59,441 bases of DNA from an uncultured Halieaceae bacterium (GTDB taxonomy: Bacteria; Pseudomonadota; Gammaproteobacteria; Pseudomonadales; Halieaceae): positions 1-59,441 of the forward strand of contig CAJWWJ010000001.1 in assembly GCA_913048575.1 (NCBI GenBank), in the 5' to 3' direction. The translations under genes and the position numbers were made by a program. Shown here piece by piece: positions 1-11,405 of this stretch (positions are counted from its first letter, which is position 1; every line of letters begins with the position of its first letter). Under the pieces are notes generated by a model. It had not been told where the DNA came from, searched no databases, and saw only the letters and a list, made by a program, of their open reading frames with translations.

Positions 1-1546
1 GTCAAAAAGCCAGGTTGGCTCGGGGTCAACTTCCTGGGCACAAGGCGGTATGGCGGCCGTCTTACACGATCGTGACTCAGTAGAGGCTCATGTGACCGAC
101 ACGCTCAATGCCGGCGCGGGCCTATGTCATGAGCCTGCGGTGCGCTTTACTATCGGGCGCAGCCGACAAAGCGTCGACTGGCTGGTGTCACAAGGCATGG
201 CATTTGATCTAAGAGACGATCAGCCTGACCTTGAGTTTCGTGAATTTCACCTCACGATGGAGGGCGGCCACAGCCACCGACGTGTCATCCACGCCGCTGA
301 CCAAACAGGCCTCGCCATCTCCGAGGTGCTCGCCAATCGCGCCGAGCAAGCGTCTAACATCACACTGCTCACTGACCTTTGCTTGGTTGATGTGATCAAG
401 TCGGAGGGCCGAGTCTGTGGCGCCCACTTACTCAACACCGAAACCCGACGCGTTGAAACCCTCAGCGCCAATGCGGTGGTGCTAGCCACGGGCGGAGCCA
501 GCAAAGCGTATCGATACACTACCAATCCCGACGGAGCCAGCGGGGACGGCATCGCGGTGGCATGGCGCGCTGGCTGTCGAGTGGCTAATCTCGAATTCAA
601 TCAGTTTCACCCAACCTGCCTCTACCATTCGAAGACACGCTCCTTTTTAGTCACCGAGGCTTTACGGGGCGAAGGCGCTACGCTGCACCTCGAGGGCGGC
701 GAACGGTTCATGCCACACTTCGACCCTCGGGCCGAACTCGCGCCAAGGGATATTGTCGCGCGGGCTATTGATCATGAAATGAAGCGACTGGGCGCAGATT
801 GTGTTTATCTTGACATCAGTCACCGGCCCGCCAGTTTTATCACGCGTCACTTTCCTCAAGCCCATGAACGTTGCCTGGCATTGGGAATCGATATTACGAC
901 TGAGCGCATACCGGTAGTGCCCGCCGCGCATTACACCTGCGGCGGAGTCGTCGTGAATCAGCATGGGGCTACCGATATTCCGGGGCTCTACGTGGTCGGC
1001 GAATCGGCGTGCACTGGACTGCATGGCGCTAATCGAATGGCCAGTAATTCGCTACTTGAGTGTTTTGTTTACGCACAATCCGCCGCGGAACACATCGCCA
1101 CCTCACTCTCTAGCCCCATCTCTGGCTCTGCCGCCACACCCACAGTCTGGGACGACAGTCGTGTTCGCGACTCTGACGAAAAGGTGGTGATACAGCATAA
1201 CTGGCAAGAGCTCAGACGCTTGATGTGGGATTACGTGGGCATCGTCCGGACTACACGGCGACTGGAATACGCCGCCGCGCGCATCGCCCTGCTTCAGCAG
1301 GAAGTCTCTCGGTACTACGGTCGGTTCCAAATTACGCGGCCCTTGCTCGAGATGCGCAATCTGACTCAGGTCTCACAACTTATGGTGTCGTGTGCGTCGG
1401 GACGAAACGAGAGTCGCGGGCTACATTTTAACTCAGATTATCCTGACACCTTGCCCGACGCGCGGGACTCAGTATTGATACCGCCTAATTTTGATCCAAC
1501 ACTGGCGCTAGACGGTCCGGTGGACCAACTGCCTGAGTATCGTTGA
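1..1546 (+). CDS. nadB: L-aspartate oxidase (5'-truncated by window edge)
   Basis: The frame is open from base 2 ([20 protein letters not shown]). Motifs [38 protein letters not shown] and [15 protein letters not shown] are present, and the gene sits beside sdhE/ygfZ. Confidence 0.96.
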   Translation, partial: SKSQVGSGSTSWAQGGMAAVLHDRDSVEAHVTDTLNAGAGLCHEPAVRFTIGRSRQSVDWLVSQGMAFDLRDDQPDLEFREFHLTMEGGHSHRRVIHAADQTGLAISEVLANRAEQASNITLLTDLCLVDVIKSEGRVCGAHLLNTETRRVETLSANAVVLATGGASKAYRYTTNPDGASGDGIAVAWRAGCRVANLEFNQFHPTCLYHSKTRSFLVTEALRGEGATLHLEGGERFMPHFDPRAELAPRDIVARAIDHEMKRLGADCVYLDISHRPASFITRHFPQAHERCLALGIDITTERIPVVPAAHYTCGGVVVNQHGATDIPGLYVVGESACTGLHGANRMASNSLLECFVYAQSAAEHIATSLSSPISGSAATPTVWDDSRVRDSDEKVVIQHNWQELRRLMWDYVGIVRTTRRLEYAAARIALLQQEVSRYYGRFQITRPLLEMRNLTQVSQLMVSCASGRNESRGLHFNSDYPDTLPDARDSVLIPPNFDPTLALDGPVDQLPEYR

Positions 1547-1556
1547 TTAACCGCTG

Positions 1557-1814
1557 TTAAACATCCAGTTGGTGGAACCGTCGTATTTCGGCAATCACGG
1601 GTTGCCAGCGCAGTTCTGGGGTATCGCTGCGCGCCATGACCCATTCGAGTAAATCTTGATCATCCTGAAATAACAGCTCTCGATACATCGCCCGCAACTC
1701 CGCACTCATCTGCGCAAACCCGTCATCAACAAACGGCGACAACAGCAAATCTAACTCCAACAGCCCTCGGCGACTGGCCCATCGTGCTCTGTTCCATTCT
1801 TCGCGCTGGTCCAT
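1557..1814 (-). CDS. sdhE: FAD assembly factor SdhE (Sdh5/YgfY)
   Basis: 85 aa with the RWASRRGLLELD motif; divergent from ygfZ as in many gammaproteobacteria. Confidence 0.93.
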   Translation of the reverse strand: MDQREEWNRARWASRRGLLELDLLLSPFVDDGFAQMSAELRAMYRELLFQDDQDLLEWVMARSDTPELRWQPVIAEIRRFHQLDV

Positions 1815-1891
1815 GCTAACGATCCAATCTGCCTACCCAAAGGTGTAGTATAGGCGTCTTCCATTAGCATTGCCGAGGACATCATAATCGC

Positions 1892-2815
1892 GTGACTGAC
1901 ACTAACACCCCGCCGCAAAAGGCTACCCCGGCCGACACTGACCTGGTCATGACGTTAGCCGGCGCAGATGCGGTCCACTTCCTCCAGGGACAGACGACCG
2001 CGGACTTTGAGAATACCGAGCCAGGTGCCGTTCGTTTCGCCGCCTTTTGCAACCCAAAAGGCAGAGTGATCGCAGACGTGCTCGCTGTTATCGTTAATGC
2101 CGAATACGTCATGATACGGGGTCGGCAAGCCGTCATGGCCGCGCTAGCAGTCCACCTTAAGCCCTATCTTTCTTTTTCTAAAAGCACGCTGACTCACTCA
2201 GACTGGCGCGTTTCATGTCGTGCCGTTCATGCTGCTAAGCCGTCACCAGAACACACCGCACTGATGCACCATGACGCCGACACGATCGTGGGTATTGAGA
2301 TACCGCGCGGCGATGGCATCATCGAGCATTGGCAGGCTAGCGAGTCTGCAGCGCCATCCCAGGACACGGCGCTCCTGCCGTTAGCTGAGGTTGACATGAT
2401 AACCGCTAGGGCCAGAGTGGAATTCGACACGATTGGCGCCTATTTGCCACAAGACCTGAATTACGACCTCAACGGCACCGTCAGCTTCACGAAAGGCTGC
2501 TATACAGGACAAGAGATCGTCGCTCGACTGCATTATCGTGGCACGCCAAAACGGCGTTTGTACCGTGCCTCGCTGGACAACACGCTCGATGAGATGCATG
2601 ACACCATCGCTCCCGGTGCTCGCCTGAGTAACCAAGCGAATCGGGCTGTCGGTAGCGTCGTCAATCTAGCCACCCAGAATAACGCCCAGCAGGTACTGAT
2701 TGAGCTCACTCCTGATGCGGCAAGCGACTCGGTATTTCTCGGCGAGCCTGAAAGCGCGCTTTCTACTATTCAAGCGTGCTTTGAAGACAGCGACCAATCT
2801 ACCTCGCCTCTTTGA
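1892..2815 (+). CDS. ygfZ: Folate-binding Fe-S/tRNA-modification protein YgfZ
   Basis: Signature KGCYTGQEIVAR and N-terminal GADAVHFLQGQTT. Confidence 0.93.
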   Translation: MTDTNTPPQKATPADTDLVMTLAGADAVHFLQGQTTADFENTEPGAVRFAAFCNPKGRVIADVLAVIVNAEYVMIRGRQAVMAALAVHLKPYLSFSKSTLTHSDWRVSCRAVHAAKPSPEHTALMHHDADTIVGIEIPRGDGIIEHWQASESAAPSQDTALLPLAEVDMITARARVEFDTIGAYLPQDLNYDLNGTVSFTKGCYTGQEIVARLHYRGTPKRRLYRASLDNTLDEMHDTIAPGARLSNQANRAVGSVVNLATQNNAQQVLIELTPDAASDSVFLGEPESALSTIQACFEDSDQSTSPL

Positions 2816-3462
2816 TGGGCGCGCAGAAATGCGTTCGCCCTACTGAAGTGCCCACAACCCAAAAAACCTCTGTGGGCCGACAGCGGTGAAGGATGCGGCG
2901 CCTGCAGCACACAATGCCGCGATCGATCAATCGCCGCGCCCTTCCTTTGAGCGTGGCTTCCCCAAAGCATAAACACGACCGGATACTCACCCTGATTCAC
3001 CGCACGCACAACAGCGTCTGTGAAGTGCTCCCAACCCTTACCTTGATGCGAGCCTGCAGAACCCCTCTCAACCGAGAGTACGTTATTGAGCAACAACACA
3101 CCCTGCCCCGCCCAATGCGTCAGATCAGAACTCTCAGGCGCTGCAATGCCAAGGTCGGATACCAACTCGCGGAAAATATTGCGCAAAGACGGTGGAGTTC
3201 GACCCCCGCCCTTGATCGAAAAACTCAGTCCATGCGCTTGGCCAGGACCATGATACGGATCCTGCCCTAACACCACCGCTCTCACCGAACTGGGTGGTGT
3301 GGCATTTAGGGCGGCAAAGTACTCACTCTCGGCAGGAAAGATCTCTTTACCAGCCGCCCTCTCAGCTCGCAAAAAGACACTCAGCTCAGACAGGTAAGGT
3401 TTTAGAAACTCGTCATCAAGCAGCCCGCGCCACTCATGCCCCAATGCGCCTAGCTGGACCAT
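2770..3462 (-). CDS. ung: Uracil-DNA glycosylase family 1
   Basis: Motifs GQDPYH, GLSFS, VLLLN and HPSPLS. Confidence 0.97.
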   Translation of the reverse strand: MVQLGALGHEWRGLLDDEFLKPYLSELSVFLRAERAAGKEIFPAESEYFAALNATPPSSVRAVVLGQDPYHGPGQAHGLSFSIKGGGRTPPSLRNIFRELVSDLGIAAPESSDLTHWAGQGVLLLNNVLSVERGSAGSHQGKGWEHFTDAVVRAVNQGEYPVVFMLWGSHAQRKGAAIDRSRHCVLQAPHPSPLSAHRGFLGCGHFSRANAFLRAHQRGEVDWSLSSKHA

Positions 3463-3552
3463 CGAAACCTGTGATCACAAGTTATTGCGATATCTGTTAC
3501 GTCGCTATATTGACCGCTTACCAACTCAATACCTTTTCATAAACCCTATTTT

Positions 3553-4464
3553 TCAAACCTGTTTCCGACGGTGTCTTCGAACCCGCAAAAGACCCTGGCC
3601 AGACACCAGCACAACACCCATCCAAACGAGCCCAAACGACACAGCCGTTGCTAAATCAATCGATTCTCCCAATGCCGTTTGCGCGACCAACAACTGGAGC
3701 GTGGGTCCCAGATAAGAAGTAAAGCCCACAATGCTCAGCGGCAACAATCTGGCCGCCGCAATATAAGTCAGCAGCGGCGCCGTCGTGTAGACACCCGCCA
3801 ACAACAGGAACACATCTACACGAAGACCATGCGCCCCCATTCCTGCCCCACCAGTAAACCAAAGCCAACCCAGAGCAAACGGTGACATACAGAGGGTCTC
3901 TATAAATAAACCCTGCATCGAATCGGCCACAATATTCTTGCGAATGGCGCCGTAAAGCGCAAACGAAGTCGATACGACCAGGCTGATCCATGGCAGGCTC
4001 CCATAGGCAAACATCTGCAAAACAACCGCCGCGACGGCCAGCGCAATAGCCAATCGGTGGGCCGTGCTGAGGGTTTCCTTAAACACAAATCTGCCCACAA
4101 TGATGGTCAATAGCGGCAACATGAAATAGCCGAGGCTCGCTTCCGTCGCTCGACCCGCATTCACCGCATAGACAAAAACACCCCAGTTAGTGCTCAGCAA
4201 TAGCGTACCCAACGCGCTCCATAGGAGTGTTTTACGGTGCTTGATCAGGGCCCATGTAGCGGGCAAGCGACGCATCCATAGGAGGATTCCTGTCGCAATC
4301 GGCAAACTCCAGATTGCTCTGTGGGCGACGACATCAACCGCTCTGACTGGCTGTGTTTCAATCCAATATAACGCCGCAACCCCCCAAATAATGTTGGCAA
4401 TGACCGCCAGCGAAAGGCCCATTTTTAACTGCTGCCCAGAGTAATCCAACGTGTTAAACCCCAA
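3553..4464 (-). CDS. rarD: EamA/DMT family transporter RarD
   Basis: About 10 hydrophobic segments; NWGVFVYAV, EASLGYF and YGAIRK motifs. The start is uncertain (ATG at 4422 is an alternative). Confidence 0.88.
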   Translation of the reverse strand: MGFNTLDYSGQQLKMGLSLAVIANIIWGVAALYWIETQPVRAVDVVAHRAIWSLPIATGILLWMRRLPATWALIKHRKTLLWSALGTLLLSTNWGVFVYAVNAGRATEASLGYFMLPLLTIIVGRFVFKETLSTAHRLAIALAVAAVVLQMFAYGSLPWISLVVSTSFALYGAIRKNIVADSMQGLFIETLCMSPFALGWLWFTGGAGMGAHGLRVDVFLLLAGVYTTAPLLTYIAAARLLPLSIVGFTSYLGPTLQLLVAQTALGESIDLATAVSFGLVWMGVVLVSGQGLLRVRRHRRKQV

Positions 4465-4651
4465 TTCTCTTTTTCTCAGACCGCGATGCTCGAATAGCCC
4501 CTCTGCGGCCTACATTTTTAATTGACGAATGTCGTGCGCAGCGAGCATACACCAGCCCCGCCCCCTCATGAGCCGTTAGGCTTAGACAATGATCCAACGC
4601 CTTCAATCAGTGCTATGGTCAAGCCGCCAGCACCAACTCACCGGAATCGTC

Positions 4652-5401
4652 ATGCGGCCATTTCATGCCACTACAGTGCGGACCCTCCTGTTACGGTCTT
4701 TGACTTTGCTCATGCTATCGCAGCCACTCATTGCAGACCCAAGGCTTGCCCCAGATCTGCAAGCGCTCCACTGGCAGTCCGCCATGGTCCGCATTGAGGT
4801 GCCTGTCATCCGCTCAGTAGAGGGCCGCATGCGCCACTTTACTGAACACTGCAGCGCCACCGCCATCACACCGGGGCCAGACACGTTACTGCTCAGTGCC
4901 TGGCACTGCTTCGAAGATTACGCCGCCACACAAGGGCCCATTCAATTATTCGCCCAACACTCACCTGAGAGCCCGTTGCCAGTCCGTCTCATTATCAGCG
5001 GCGGCTCGATGTCTGCGGACTGGGCGATTCTCACTCCGGTAACCAGCACCGTCATCGGCGCTTGGATCCCCCTTTCATCCCATCCCGCTCAACGCGGCAC
5101 TCGCGTCATCGCAGCAGGTTTTGCCCCTACAACTGATTCAAGTAGGTCCGAGGAACCCGGAGAAACGCCACCCTCGCGAGGGCTGATGTATGATCCGGAC
5201 TGTGTGGTCATCGTCGCCACTAGCCAGCCTGCACGATCCGACTGCGTGGCCAAAAAAGGCGCATCAGGCGGCGCGATTCTGCGACGCACAGCCAGCGGCA
5301 GTGTCCGAGTGGTCGGGGTGATATCGGCGGGTGATGGCACGTCCGTGAGCTACTTTCATCCCACTGACGAGCTAATCAATCGCGTTCGCTCACTGCGATG
5401 A
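4652..5401 (+). CDS. Secreted trypsin/V8-like serine protease
   Basis: Catalytic triad contexts SAWHC (His), DWAIL (Asp) and GASGG (Ser). A signal-peptide-like N-terminus follows ATG 4652; the ORF is open from 4589. Confidence 0.78.
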   Translation: MRPFHATTVRTLLLRSLTLLMLSQPLIADPRLAPDLQALHWQSAMVRIEVPVIRSVEGRMRHFTEHCSATAITPGPDTLLLSAWHCFEDYAATQGPIQLFAQHSPESPLPVRLIISGGSMSADWAILTPVTSTVIGAWIPLSSHPAQRGTRVIAAGFAPTTDSSRSEEPGETPPSRGLMYDPDCVVIVATSQPARSDCVAKKGASGGAILRRTASGSVRVVGVISAGDGTSVSYFHPTDELINRVRSLR

Positions 5402-6355
5402 AGCATCCTTGGTCTGACGAATCGGCGGCTCGCCGCCGATATGACGCTCACCTCGCGATGCCGCAAGCTCTACCTGCTTTTGCCGTTCTTGAAAACGCGC
5501 CCGCTGGCGGTCGCTGCGCTGGTCGTAACATCGCGGGCAAGAAATACCCTTTTCATACTTTGAGGATTCCTTTGCCGCCTCAGTGATGGGGTGACGACAG
5601 GCATAACACTGGTCAAAACTGCCCTGCTCTAAGTCATGATTTACCGCGACACGGGCGTCAAAAACAAAGCACTCCCCCTGCCATCGCGATTCAGACAGCG
5701 GCACCTCCTCGAGATACTTCAAAATGCCTCCCTGCAAGTGCCAGACTTGCTCAAACCCCTGAGACACTAAATAAGAAGTCGATTTTTCACATCGTATGCC
5801 GCCGGTACAAAACATCGCGACTTTTTTATGGCGAGATGGCTGTAAGTGCGTATCGACCCAGCTAGGCAAATCTCGGAAATGCTCCGTTTCTGGGTTAATG
5901 GCACCCCGAAAAGTGCCAATGGCCACCTCATAATCATTGCGAGTGTCGATGACCAGGCAATCAGGATCGTCGATTAATGCGTTCCATTGCGCGGGCGTCG
6001 CGTACTGGCCTACGCAAACGGTCGGGTCAATATCCTCAACCCCCATGGTTACAATTTCTTTCTTCAACTTCACTTTCATTCGATGAAATGGCGTAGCGCC
6101 ATGAAAAGACTCTTTCCAGTCAAGACTCGCGAAACGAGGGTCCTGCTCTAACCAAGCGATGACGGTATCAACACCCTCTCGACTCCCAGAAATCGTGCCA
6201 TTAATACCCTCTTTCGCGAGCAGCAACGTCCCTTTGACTTGCGCCTGCTGACACACCTCCAGCAAGGGCGCGCGGAGTAACGCAAAATCATCGAGTCGAA
6301 CAAAACGATACAAGGCGACAACCACGCGGTCCAAGGCGTCAACGTGACTAATCAC
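5390..6355 (-). CDS. trhO: Rhodanese-domain tRNA uridine(34) hydroxylase TrhO/YceA
   Basis: Motifs [24 protein letters not shown] and CFVFD, plus a C-terminal Cys cluster. Confidence 0.92.
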   Translation of the reverse strand: MISHVDALDRVVVALYRFVRLDDFALLRAPLLEVCQQAQVKGTLLLAKEGINGTISGSREGVDTVIAWLEQDPRFASLDWKESFHGATPFHRMKVKLKKEIVTMGVEDIDPTVCVGQYATPAQWNALIDDPDCLVIDTRNDYEVAIGTFRGAINPETEHFRDLPSWVDTHLQPSRHKKVAMFCTGGIRCEKSTSYLVSQGFEQVWHLQGGILKYLEEVPLSESRWQGECFVFDARVAVNHDLEQGSFDQCYACRHPITEAAKESSKYEKGISCPRCYDQRSDRQRARFQERQKQVELAASRGERHIGGEPPIRQTKDASSQ

Positions 6356-6669
6356 TTCCCCGTTCCTCCTCGACAGTCAGGTGACGCCGGTACTGCCGCC
6401 ACTTGATCCCACTCGTCGGGCGTATAGGTATGAAGTGCCAGCGCATGGACAGGCCCCGCCAGCCATTCCTTGAGCACGGCATAGACCGACTGATGTCGCT
6501 TGACACTACGCTGCCCAGAAAACGCCTCGCTCACTAACGTCACTTTGAAGTGAGTCTCCGAACCCTCGGGCACGTTATGGCGAAAGCTCTCGTTTTCCAC
6601 TAGCAACGTCTGCGGCGCAAAGGCGACTTGCAACGCCGCGTTGATTTCGTCTTTTATCATGATGGGCAT
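6352..6669 (-). CDS. bolA: BolA family protein
   Basis: [20 protein letters not shown] and VHALALHT motifs. Start is ATG 6669 or 6660; 4-bp overlap with trhO. Confidence 0.92.
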   Translation of the reverse strand: MPIMIKDEINAALQVAFAPQTLLVENESFRHNVPEGSETHFKVTLVSEAFSGQRSVKRHQSVYAVLKEWLAGPVHALALHTYTPDEWDQVAAVPASPDCRGGTGK

Positions 6670-6736
6670 CGATCTTATCCAGTTCATGCTAGTTTACGCT
6701 GAAATCACGATTTCATCTTTAACGGCCAACGTTACT

Positions 6737-7195
6737 ATGACCCCAGAGTCTGCATCACTAAAGCGCCTCCCTACCCCACCCATTTGGCGCCATATACTAG
6801 CAATGCTTTACGACTTGCTGCTTATACTCCCGCTGTTTATGGCCGCGACCGCTATCTGGGTCGCGATACTGGGGCCCACAGACAGTATTGCTCAACCCAC
6901 TGTGCCGCGAGTGCTGCAATGGGCGGGCTGGCTGGTGATCGTCATCCTGTTCTTCGGCATTTTTTGGCGCAGAGGCGGCCAGACCCTCGGCATGCAGGCA
7001 TGGCGCATTAAGCTGATCACTCAGAGTGGCGAACGGCCAACCTGGAGACAAGCACTGATACGGGTAGTGGGCGCTCTTTTATCAGCGACGCTCCTCGGTC
7101 TGGGCTATTTCTGGCGCTTCGTCTCGGCGGACAACGCATACTGGCATGATCAGTGGTCGGGAACGCGGCTGGTACTGATTCCCAAAAAGGGGTGA
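6737..7195 (+). CDS. RDD family membrane protein
   Basis: WRHILAMLYD, GQTLGMQAWRI and WHDQWSGT motifs; convergent on lptG. Start placed at ATG 6737. Confidence 0.88.
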   Translation: MTPESASLKRLPTPPIWRHILAMLYDLLLILPLFMAATAIWVAILGPTDSIAQPTVPRVLQWAGWLVIVILFFGIFWRRGGQTLGMQAWRIKLITQSGERPTWRQALIRVVGALLSATLLGLGYFWRFVSADNAYWHDQWSGTRLVLIPKKG

Positions 7196-7205
7196 GCCTA
7201 TGTCG

Positions 7206-8267
7206 CTAAGTGCGGCGGAGCAATAACCACAGTCCTCCCAACCAACAGACGACTATCGGTGACAGGGCGGCCAGTAGTGGGTCGTAGCCAAAAATCAGGC
7301 TGGCGGGCCCGAAAAAATCTTGGCTGATTCGGAAGGCAACTCCGACAATCACCCCGACAAAGATCCTAGCTCCCATCGTGCCTTCTCGTAGCGGCCCGAA
7401 AATAAATGACATGGCGACGAGCACTAAGCCCAAGGTCGCAAAGGGCTGCAACACTTTCCGCCAGAATGCGAGCTTAATATCCGTAAAGACCATGCCCTGC
7501 TGCTGCAAATATTGCGCGTAAGGCCAAAGCTGCATCACAGATAACGTCTCTGGATCCACCACATCCAGAGTGAGCAACTGGGGTGTAATGGCCGTATCCC
7601 ATCGCCTTAACGTCTCCTCCAACACCACTGTGCCATTGGGCTCTAAGCGGGTCAGCTTGACGCGCTCCAACATCCAGTGATCCCCCGCATGAGTCGCTCG
7701 TTCTGCCATCAGCGTGGTGTCTAGGCGCCGGTCCTCAGTAAAATTAAGTAAGGTAATTCCGTAAGCGACCCCGCCTCTCTGGACTGCGTCGACATGGATA
7801 AAAGTATTACCATCACGATTCCAAGCACCAAACCGGCCAGCGACCGCAGACTCGGACCGCTGCGCTAGGGCACGATAGCTCATCGCCAATTGCTCCGAGT
7901 GCGGCGCAACAAATTCCCCGACTGAAAAACCGAGGGCCGCCACGAGTAGCGCGGGCCTTAACACAGTGACTGCCATACGACTGATCGATACGCCTGCCGC
8001 ACGCATCACCACCAACTCACTCGAAGCAGCAAGACGACCGAGCGCAATAAGCGCCCCGATTAAAGCCGCAAATGGCACGAACTCGTGAATGCGACGCGGT
8101 AAGGTGTAACCCACGTAGACTAAAATATCGAGAAAACCATACCCATCGCCGATGTCATCCGTTTCGTCGATGACGGAGGTCAAAGCATCCAGCCCCACCA
8201 GCAGCAGTAGCACCCCGAGCGTCGCCATCATCACGCCACCGCCGATGTAACGATCAAGCTTAGACAT
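7206..8267 (-). CDS. lptG: LPS export ABC transporter permease LptG
   Basis: MSKLDRYI start, SELVVMRAAGVS and FIFGPLR motifs; downstream of lptF. Confidence 0.93.
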   Translation of the reverse strand: MSKLDRYIGGGVMMATLGVLLLLVGLDALTSVIDETDDIGDGYGFLDILVYVGYTLPRRIHEFVPFAALIGALIALGRLAASSELVVMRAAGVSISRMAVTVLRPALLVAALGFSVGEFVAPHSEQLAMSYRALAQRSESAVAGRFGAWNRDGNTFIHVDAVQRGGVAYGITLLNFTEDRRLDTTLMAERATHAGDHWMLERVKLTRLEPNGTVVLEETLRRWDTAITPQLLTLDVVDPETLSVMQLWPYAQYLQQQGMVFTDIKLAFWRKVLQPFATLGLVLVAMSFIFGPLREGTMGARIFVGVIVGVAFRISQDFFGPASLIFGYDPLLAALSPIVVCWLGGLWLLLRRT

Positions 8268-9348
8268 TGACGATGCTCCAGCGTTTACTGATGCGCTCCC
8301 AATGCAGTAAAACGAGAGACAAAACAGCAAAAACCACGTGCACCGCTAACATGACCTCCGGACCCTGACCAGATTCAATCAGCCCCCTGCCCTGAGTCAG
8401 ACCCAGAAAATAGAGCAGTAAAACCACCATCGCGGGCCCAATCTTTGCATAGCGACCTCGCCGGGCATCAGTGCGGCTCAGCGCTAGGGCGATCATTGCG
8501 ATGGCCGGCACCATGAGCGGCAAGGACACACGCCACCACAAAGCGCCACGTAATTTTGGATCGCTACTGTCCCACAATGCTCGCGTCGCCATCGCTTGTA
8601 CTTTAGTGGTGCGGCGAAGACTCCCTTGCGACTCCGGGATCAACTCGCCATACAAATCAAATTGTATTTCTTCCAGCGCGAGCTTTCCTGGCTCCCCTTG
8701 ATATCGAGTTCCTCCCCGCAACTCCAGATACCGACGCCCCGTCGACTCCTGAAAAACGATTTCGCCTTCTCGGGCAAAAGTTGCGTTATAGATGTCTGAT
8801 TGCGATCCCGGCTCTCGCTCGAAAACAAAAATATTGTGCATCACACCCGCGTCGTCGATTTGCTCGGCATAAGTGACGTAATGTCCATCCCGCTGCTTCC
8901 GGAACCGACCTTCATTCAGAATATGAAGCCCCTCTGCTGACCGCGGGTTATCCAATAGCACTTGGGCGCGTGCAGAGCCCTCGGGCGCCGCATAGAGCGA
9001 TAAGAACGCTACTGCGCTAACCACCACCATGGTGGGCACTAAGACATATCCGGCGAGTCTACCCGGGCCAACGCCACAAGCCCTGAGCACCACCATTTCG
9101 CTCTCTGCATAAAGTCGACCGAGGCTCAGCAAAATACCGATGAAGAGACCAAGCGGCAGAATCATTTCAAAGAACCCAGGCAACTTGAACAGCATAATCG
9201 GTAGCAACACATCGCCCGTCAGCGAGCCCACTGCCGCCTCAGCCAGATACCGGATGAATCGACCCGCAAACACGACCAGGAACAGGACAAAACTGACCGC
9301 CACCGTGTGCAGTAAAATATCGCGTGTTAAGTACCGAAGTATCCGCAT
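8260..9348 (-). CDS. lptF: LPS export ABC transporter permease LptF
   Basis: MRILRYL and GRLYAESEMVVLRACG motifs; divergent from pepA (conserved synteny). Confidence 0.94.
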   Translation of the reverse strand: MRILRYLTRDILLHTVAVSFVLFLVVFAGRFIRYLAEAAVGSLTGDVLLPIMLFKLPGFFEMILPLGLFIGILLSLGRLYAESEMVVLRACGVGPGRLAGYVLVPTMVVVSAVAFLSLYAAPEGSARAQVLLDNPRSAEGLHILNEGRFRKQRDGHYVTYAEQIDDAGVMHNIFVFEREPGSQSDIYNATFAREGEIVFQESTGRRYLELRGGTRYQGEPGKLALEEIQFDLYGELIPESQGSLRRTTKVQAMATRALWDSSDPKLRGALWWRVSLPLMVPAIAMIALALSRTDARRGRYAKIGPAMVVLLLYFLGLTQGRGLIESGQGPEVMLAVHVVFAVLSLVLLHWERISKRWSIVNV

Positions 9349-9454
9349 TAGCTCAATATTGGGTTGAAAGTCCGTAGATGGTTATTTCGTTAAAGGCTCC
9401 GGCATCATACACTAGCGCCCTCCCGCTTCCCGCGTAACAGGATTAGGATATCGC

Positions 9455-10954
9455 ATGGCCACATTGAGTATTACCGCACGTACCGCCAACACCATCGGCC
9501 AAATAAAGACTCAGGCCCTCGTGGCGCTGGTTCCCGATAAAAAAACACTGTCGCCTCCTCTAAAGGCGCTTGATAAATTGCTGGGTGGCACCGTCACTAA
9601 TGCCATTAGAAACGGCGACTTCTCGTCGTCATTGGGAAGTCACCATTGGCTCCCCGGAAATGCTGGGGTTCAACGTGTGTTGCTGATCGGCTGCGGAGAC
9701 ATCGGCGGTCAAACTGTGAGCTCAGCAAAAAAATTGGCAGAAACGCTTTCTCGATCGCTCATGAGTAGCCAAGCGAAGGACGCCCTCGTCTGGACAGATG
9801 GCCTGACGGGTAAAGTTCGGGACGCAAGCATGTTGCTTGAGCAAATCGCATTGCAGCTCACGCTGGCACATTATCAATACGAACACACGCTCAATCAGCG
9901 TAAAAAGCCTGCTCGCCCCCTAAAACGGGTCGCCGTGTCGCCAGGTAACCTCTGCTCCGTCGCACAAGCCAAGCGCTCAGTTGCGATAGGTGGGGCCACT
10001 GGCCAAGGAGCAAACCTCACGCGAGAACTGGTGAACCTGCCTGGCAATATCTGCACGCCAAAATACCTCAGCGGTCAGGCCCGAAAGCTTGCACGGATGC
10101 ACTCGAAACTGTCCGTCTCCGTGCTGGACGAGCAGAAAATGGCGTCATTGGGTATGCACTCTTTATTGTCGGTGGGTAACGGCTCCGATCAACCCTCGCA
10201 ACTCATCGTCATTAAGTATCAGGGCGCTTCCGCAAAGACGCGTCCTTATTGCCTAGTGGGCAAAGGCATTACCTTTGATACTGGAGGCATTAGCCTTAAG
10301 CCCGGCGGTAAGATGGACGAGATGAAGTTCGATATGGGGGGTGCCGGTTCGGTCTTCGGTGCGCTGCATGCGGCTGCAGAAATGGCGTTACCCATCAACA
10401 TCGTAGGCGTGATCGCAGCAGCTGAAAATATGCCGAGTGGACGAGCCACAAAACCCGGCGATGTAGTCACCAGCATGTCTGGCAAAACAATAGAGGTGCT
10501 AAATACGGATGCTGAAGGACGACTCGTATTGTGTGATGCGCTCACTTACGCTGCCCGCTTCGAGCCAATCGAAGTGGTCGATATTGCCACCCTCACCGGC
10601 GCGATCATCGTCGCCTTAGGGCACGAGGCAACGGGCATATTTTCAAATGATGACCATCTCGCCAATAGTCTGATCAGTGCGGGAGAACGCAGCTACGACC
10701 GAGGGTGGCGATTCCCAATCTGGGACGAGTATCACCGACAGCTCGACAGTCCATTCGCCGACCTCGCCAATATTGGTGCTGGCGGCGCTGGCAGCATCAC
10801 GGCGGCCTGCTTTTTGGCGCAGTTCGCGGAAGACTACAAGTGGGCTCACCTTGATATTGCGGGCAGCGCATTCAGAAGCGCACCCAAAGGCGCAACCGGC
10901 AGGCCCGTCCCATTGCTGATCGCGTATTTGCGGGAACGTGCTGGTCATTCATGA
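9455..10954 (+). CDS. pepA: Leucyl aminopeptidase (M17)
   Basis: VGKGITFDTGG, MKFDMGG, NTDAEGRL and HLDIAG motifs. Confidence 0.97.
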   Translation: MATLSITARTANTIGQIKTQALVALVPDKKTLSPPLKALDKLLGGTVTNAIRNGDFSSSLGSHHWLPGNAGVQRVLLIGCGDIGGQTVSSAKKLAETLSRSLMSSQAKDALVWTDGLTGKVRDASMLLEQIALQLTLAHYQYEHTLNQRKKPARPLKRVAVSPGNLCSVAQAKRSVAIGGATGQGANLTRELVNLPGNICTPKYLSGQARKLARMHSKLSVSVLDEQKMASLGMHSLLSVGNGSDQPSQLIVIKYQGASAKTRPYCLVGKGITFDTGGISLKPGGKMDEMKFDMGGAGSVFGALHAAAEMALPINIVGVIAAAENMPSGRATKPGDVVTSMSGKTIEVLNTDAEGRLVLCDALTYAARFEPIEVVDIATLTGAIIVALGHEATGIFSNDDHLANSLISAGERSYDRGWRFPIWDEYHRQLDSPFADLANIGAGGAGSITAACFLAQFAEDYKWAHLDIAGSAFRSAPKGATGRPVPLLIAYLRERAGHS

Positions 10955-11370
10955 CGCAGATTGACTTCTATGTCCTCCCGCGCGACGGCAGCCTACCGGT
11001 CGTCAACGCGGTAGGCCGTATTGCAGAAAAAGCCGTTTCGCGCGGCCATCACCTATTTGTTAGCGTCAGCGATGAGGAACAAGCTCACACCTTTGACAAT
11101 GCGCTGTGGACATTTCGTGCTGAAAGTTTTCTGCCGCATGCTCTAATCGAGGATGATCGCAAAGAGCTGGTTAGCATTGGCTGGTCCGAGCCTCCCCTTG
11201 AGCAAAACGATGTGTTAATTAACACTACCGGCGTGATCCTCGATTACTTTTCTCGCTTTAGCCGTCTTGCCGAAATCGTAGCGCCAGATGAGTCGTCACT
11301 AGCGTCTTCACGAAATGCATGGCGGTTTTATCGAGACCGAGGCTACTCACTGACCAAACACGATCTCTGA
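10951..11370 (+). CDS. holC: DNA polymerase III chi subunit
   Basis: IDFYVL, LWTFRAESFLPH and WRFYRDRGY motifs; pepA-holC-valS synteny. Confidence 0.93.
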   Translation: MTQIDFYVLPRDGSLPVVNAVGRIAEKAVSRGHHLFVSVSDEEQAHTFDNALWTFRAESFLPHALIEDDRKELVSIGWSEPPLEQNDVLINTTGVILDYFSRFSRLAEIVAPDESSLASSRNAWRFYRDRGYSLTKHDL

Positions 11371-11405
11371 ACGATCTGATTAACCATTAGAGGCCCATCA
11401 CTACC

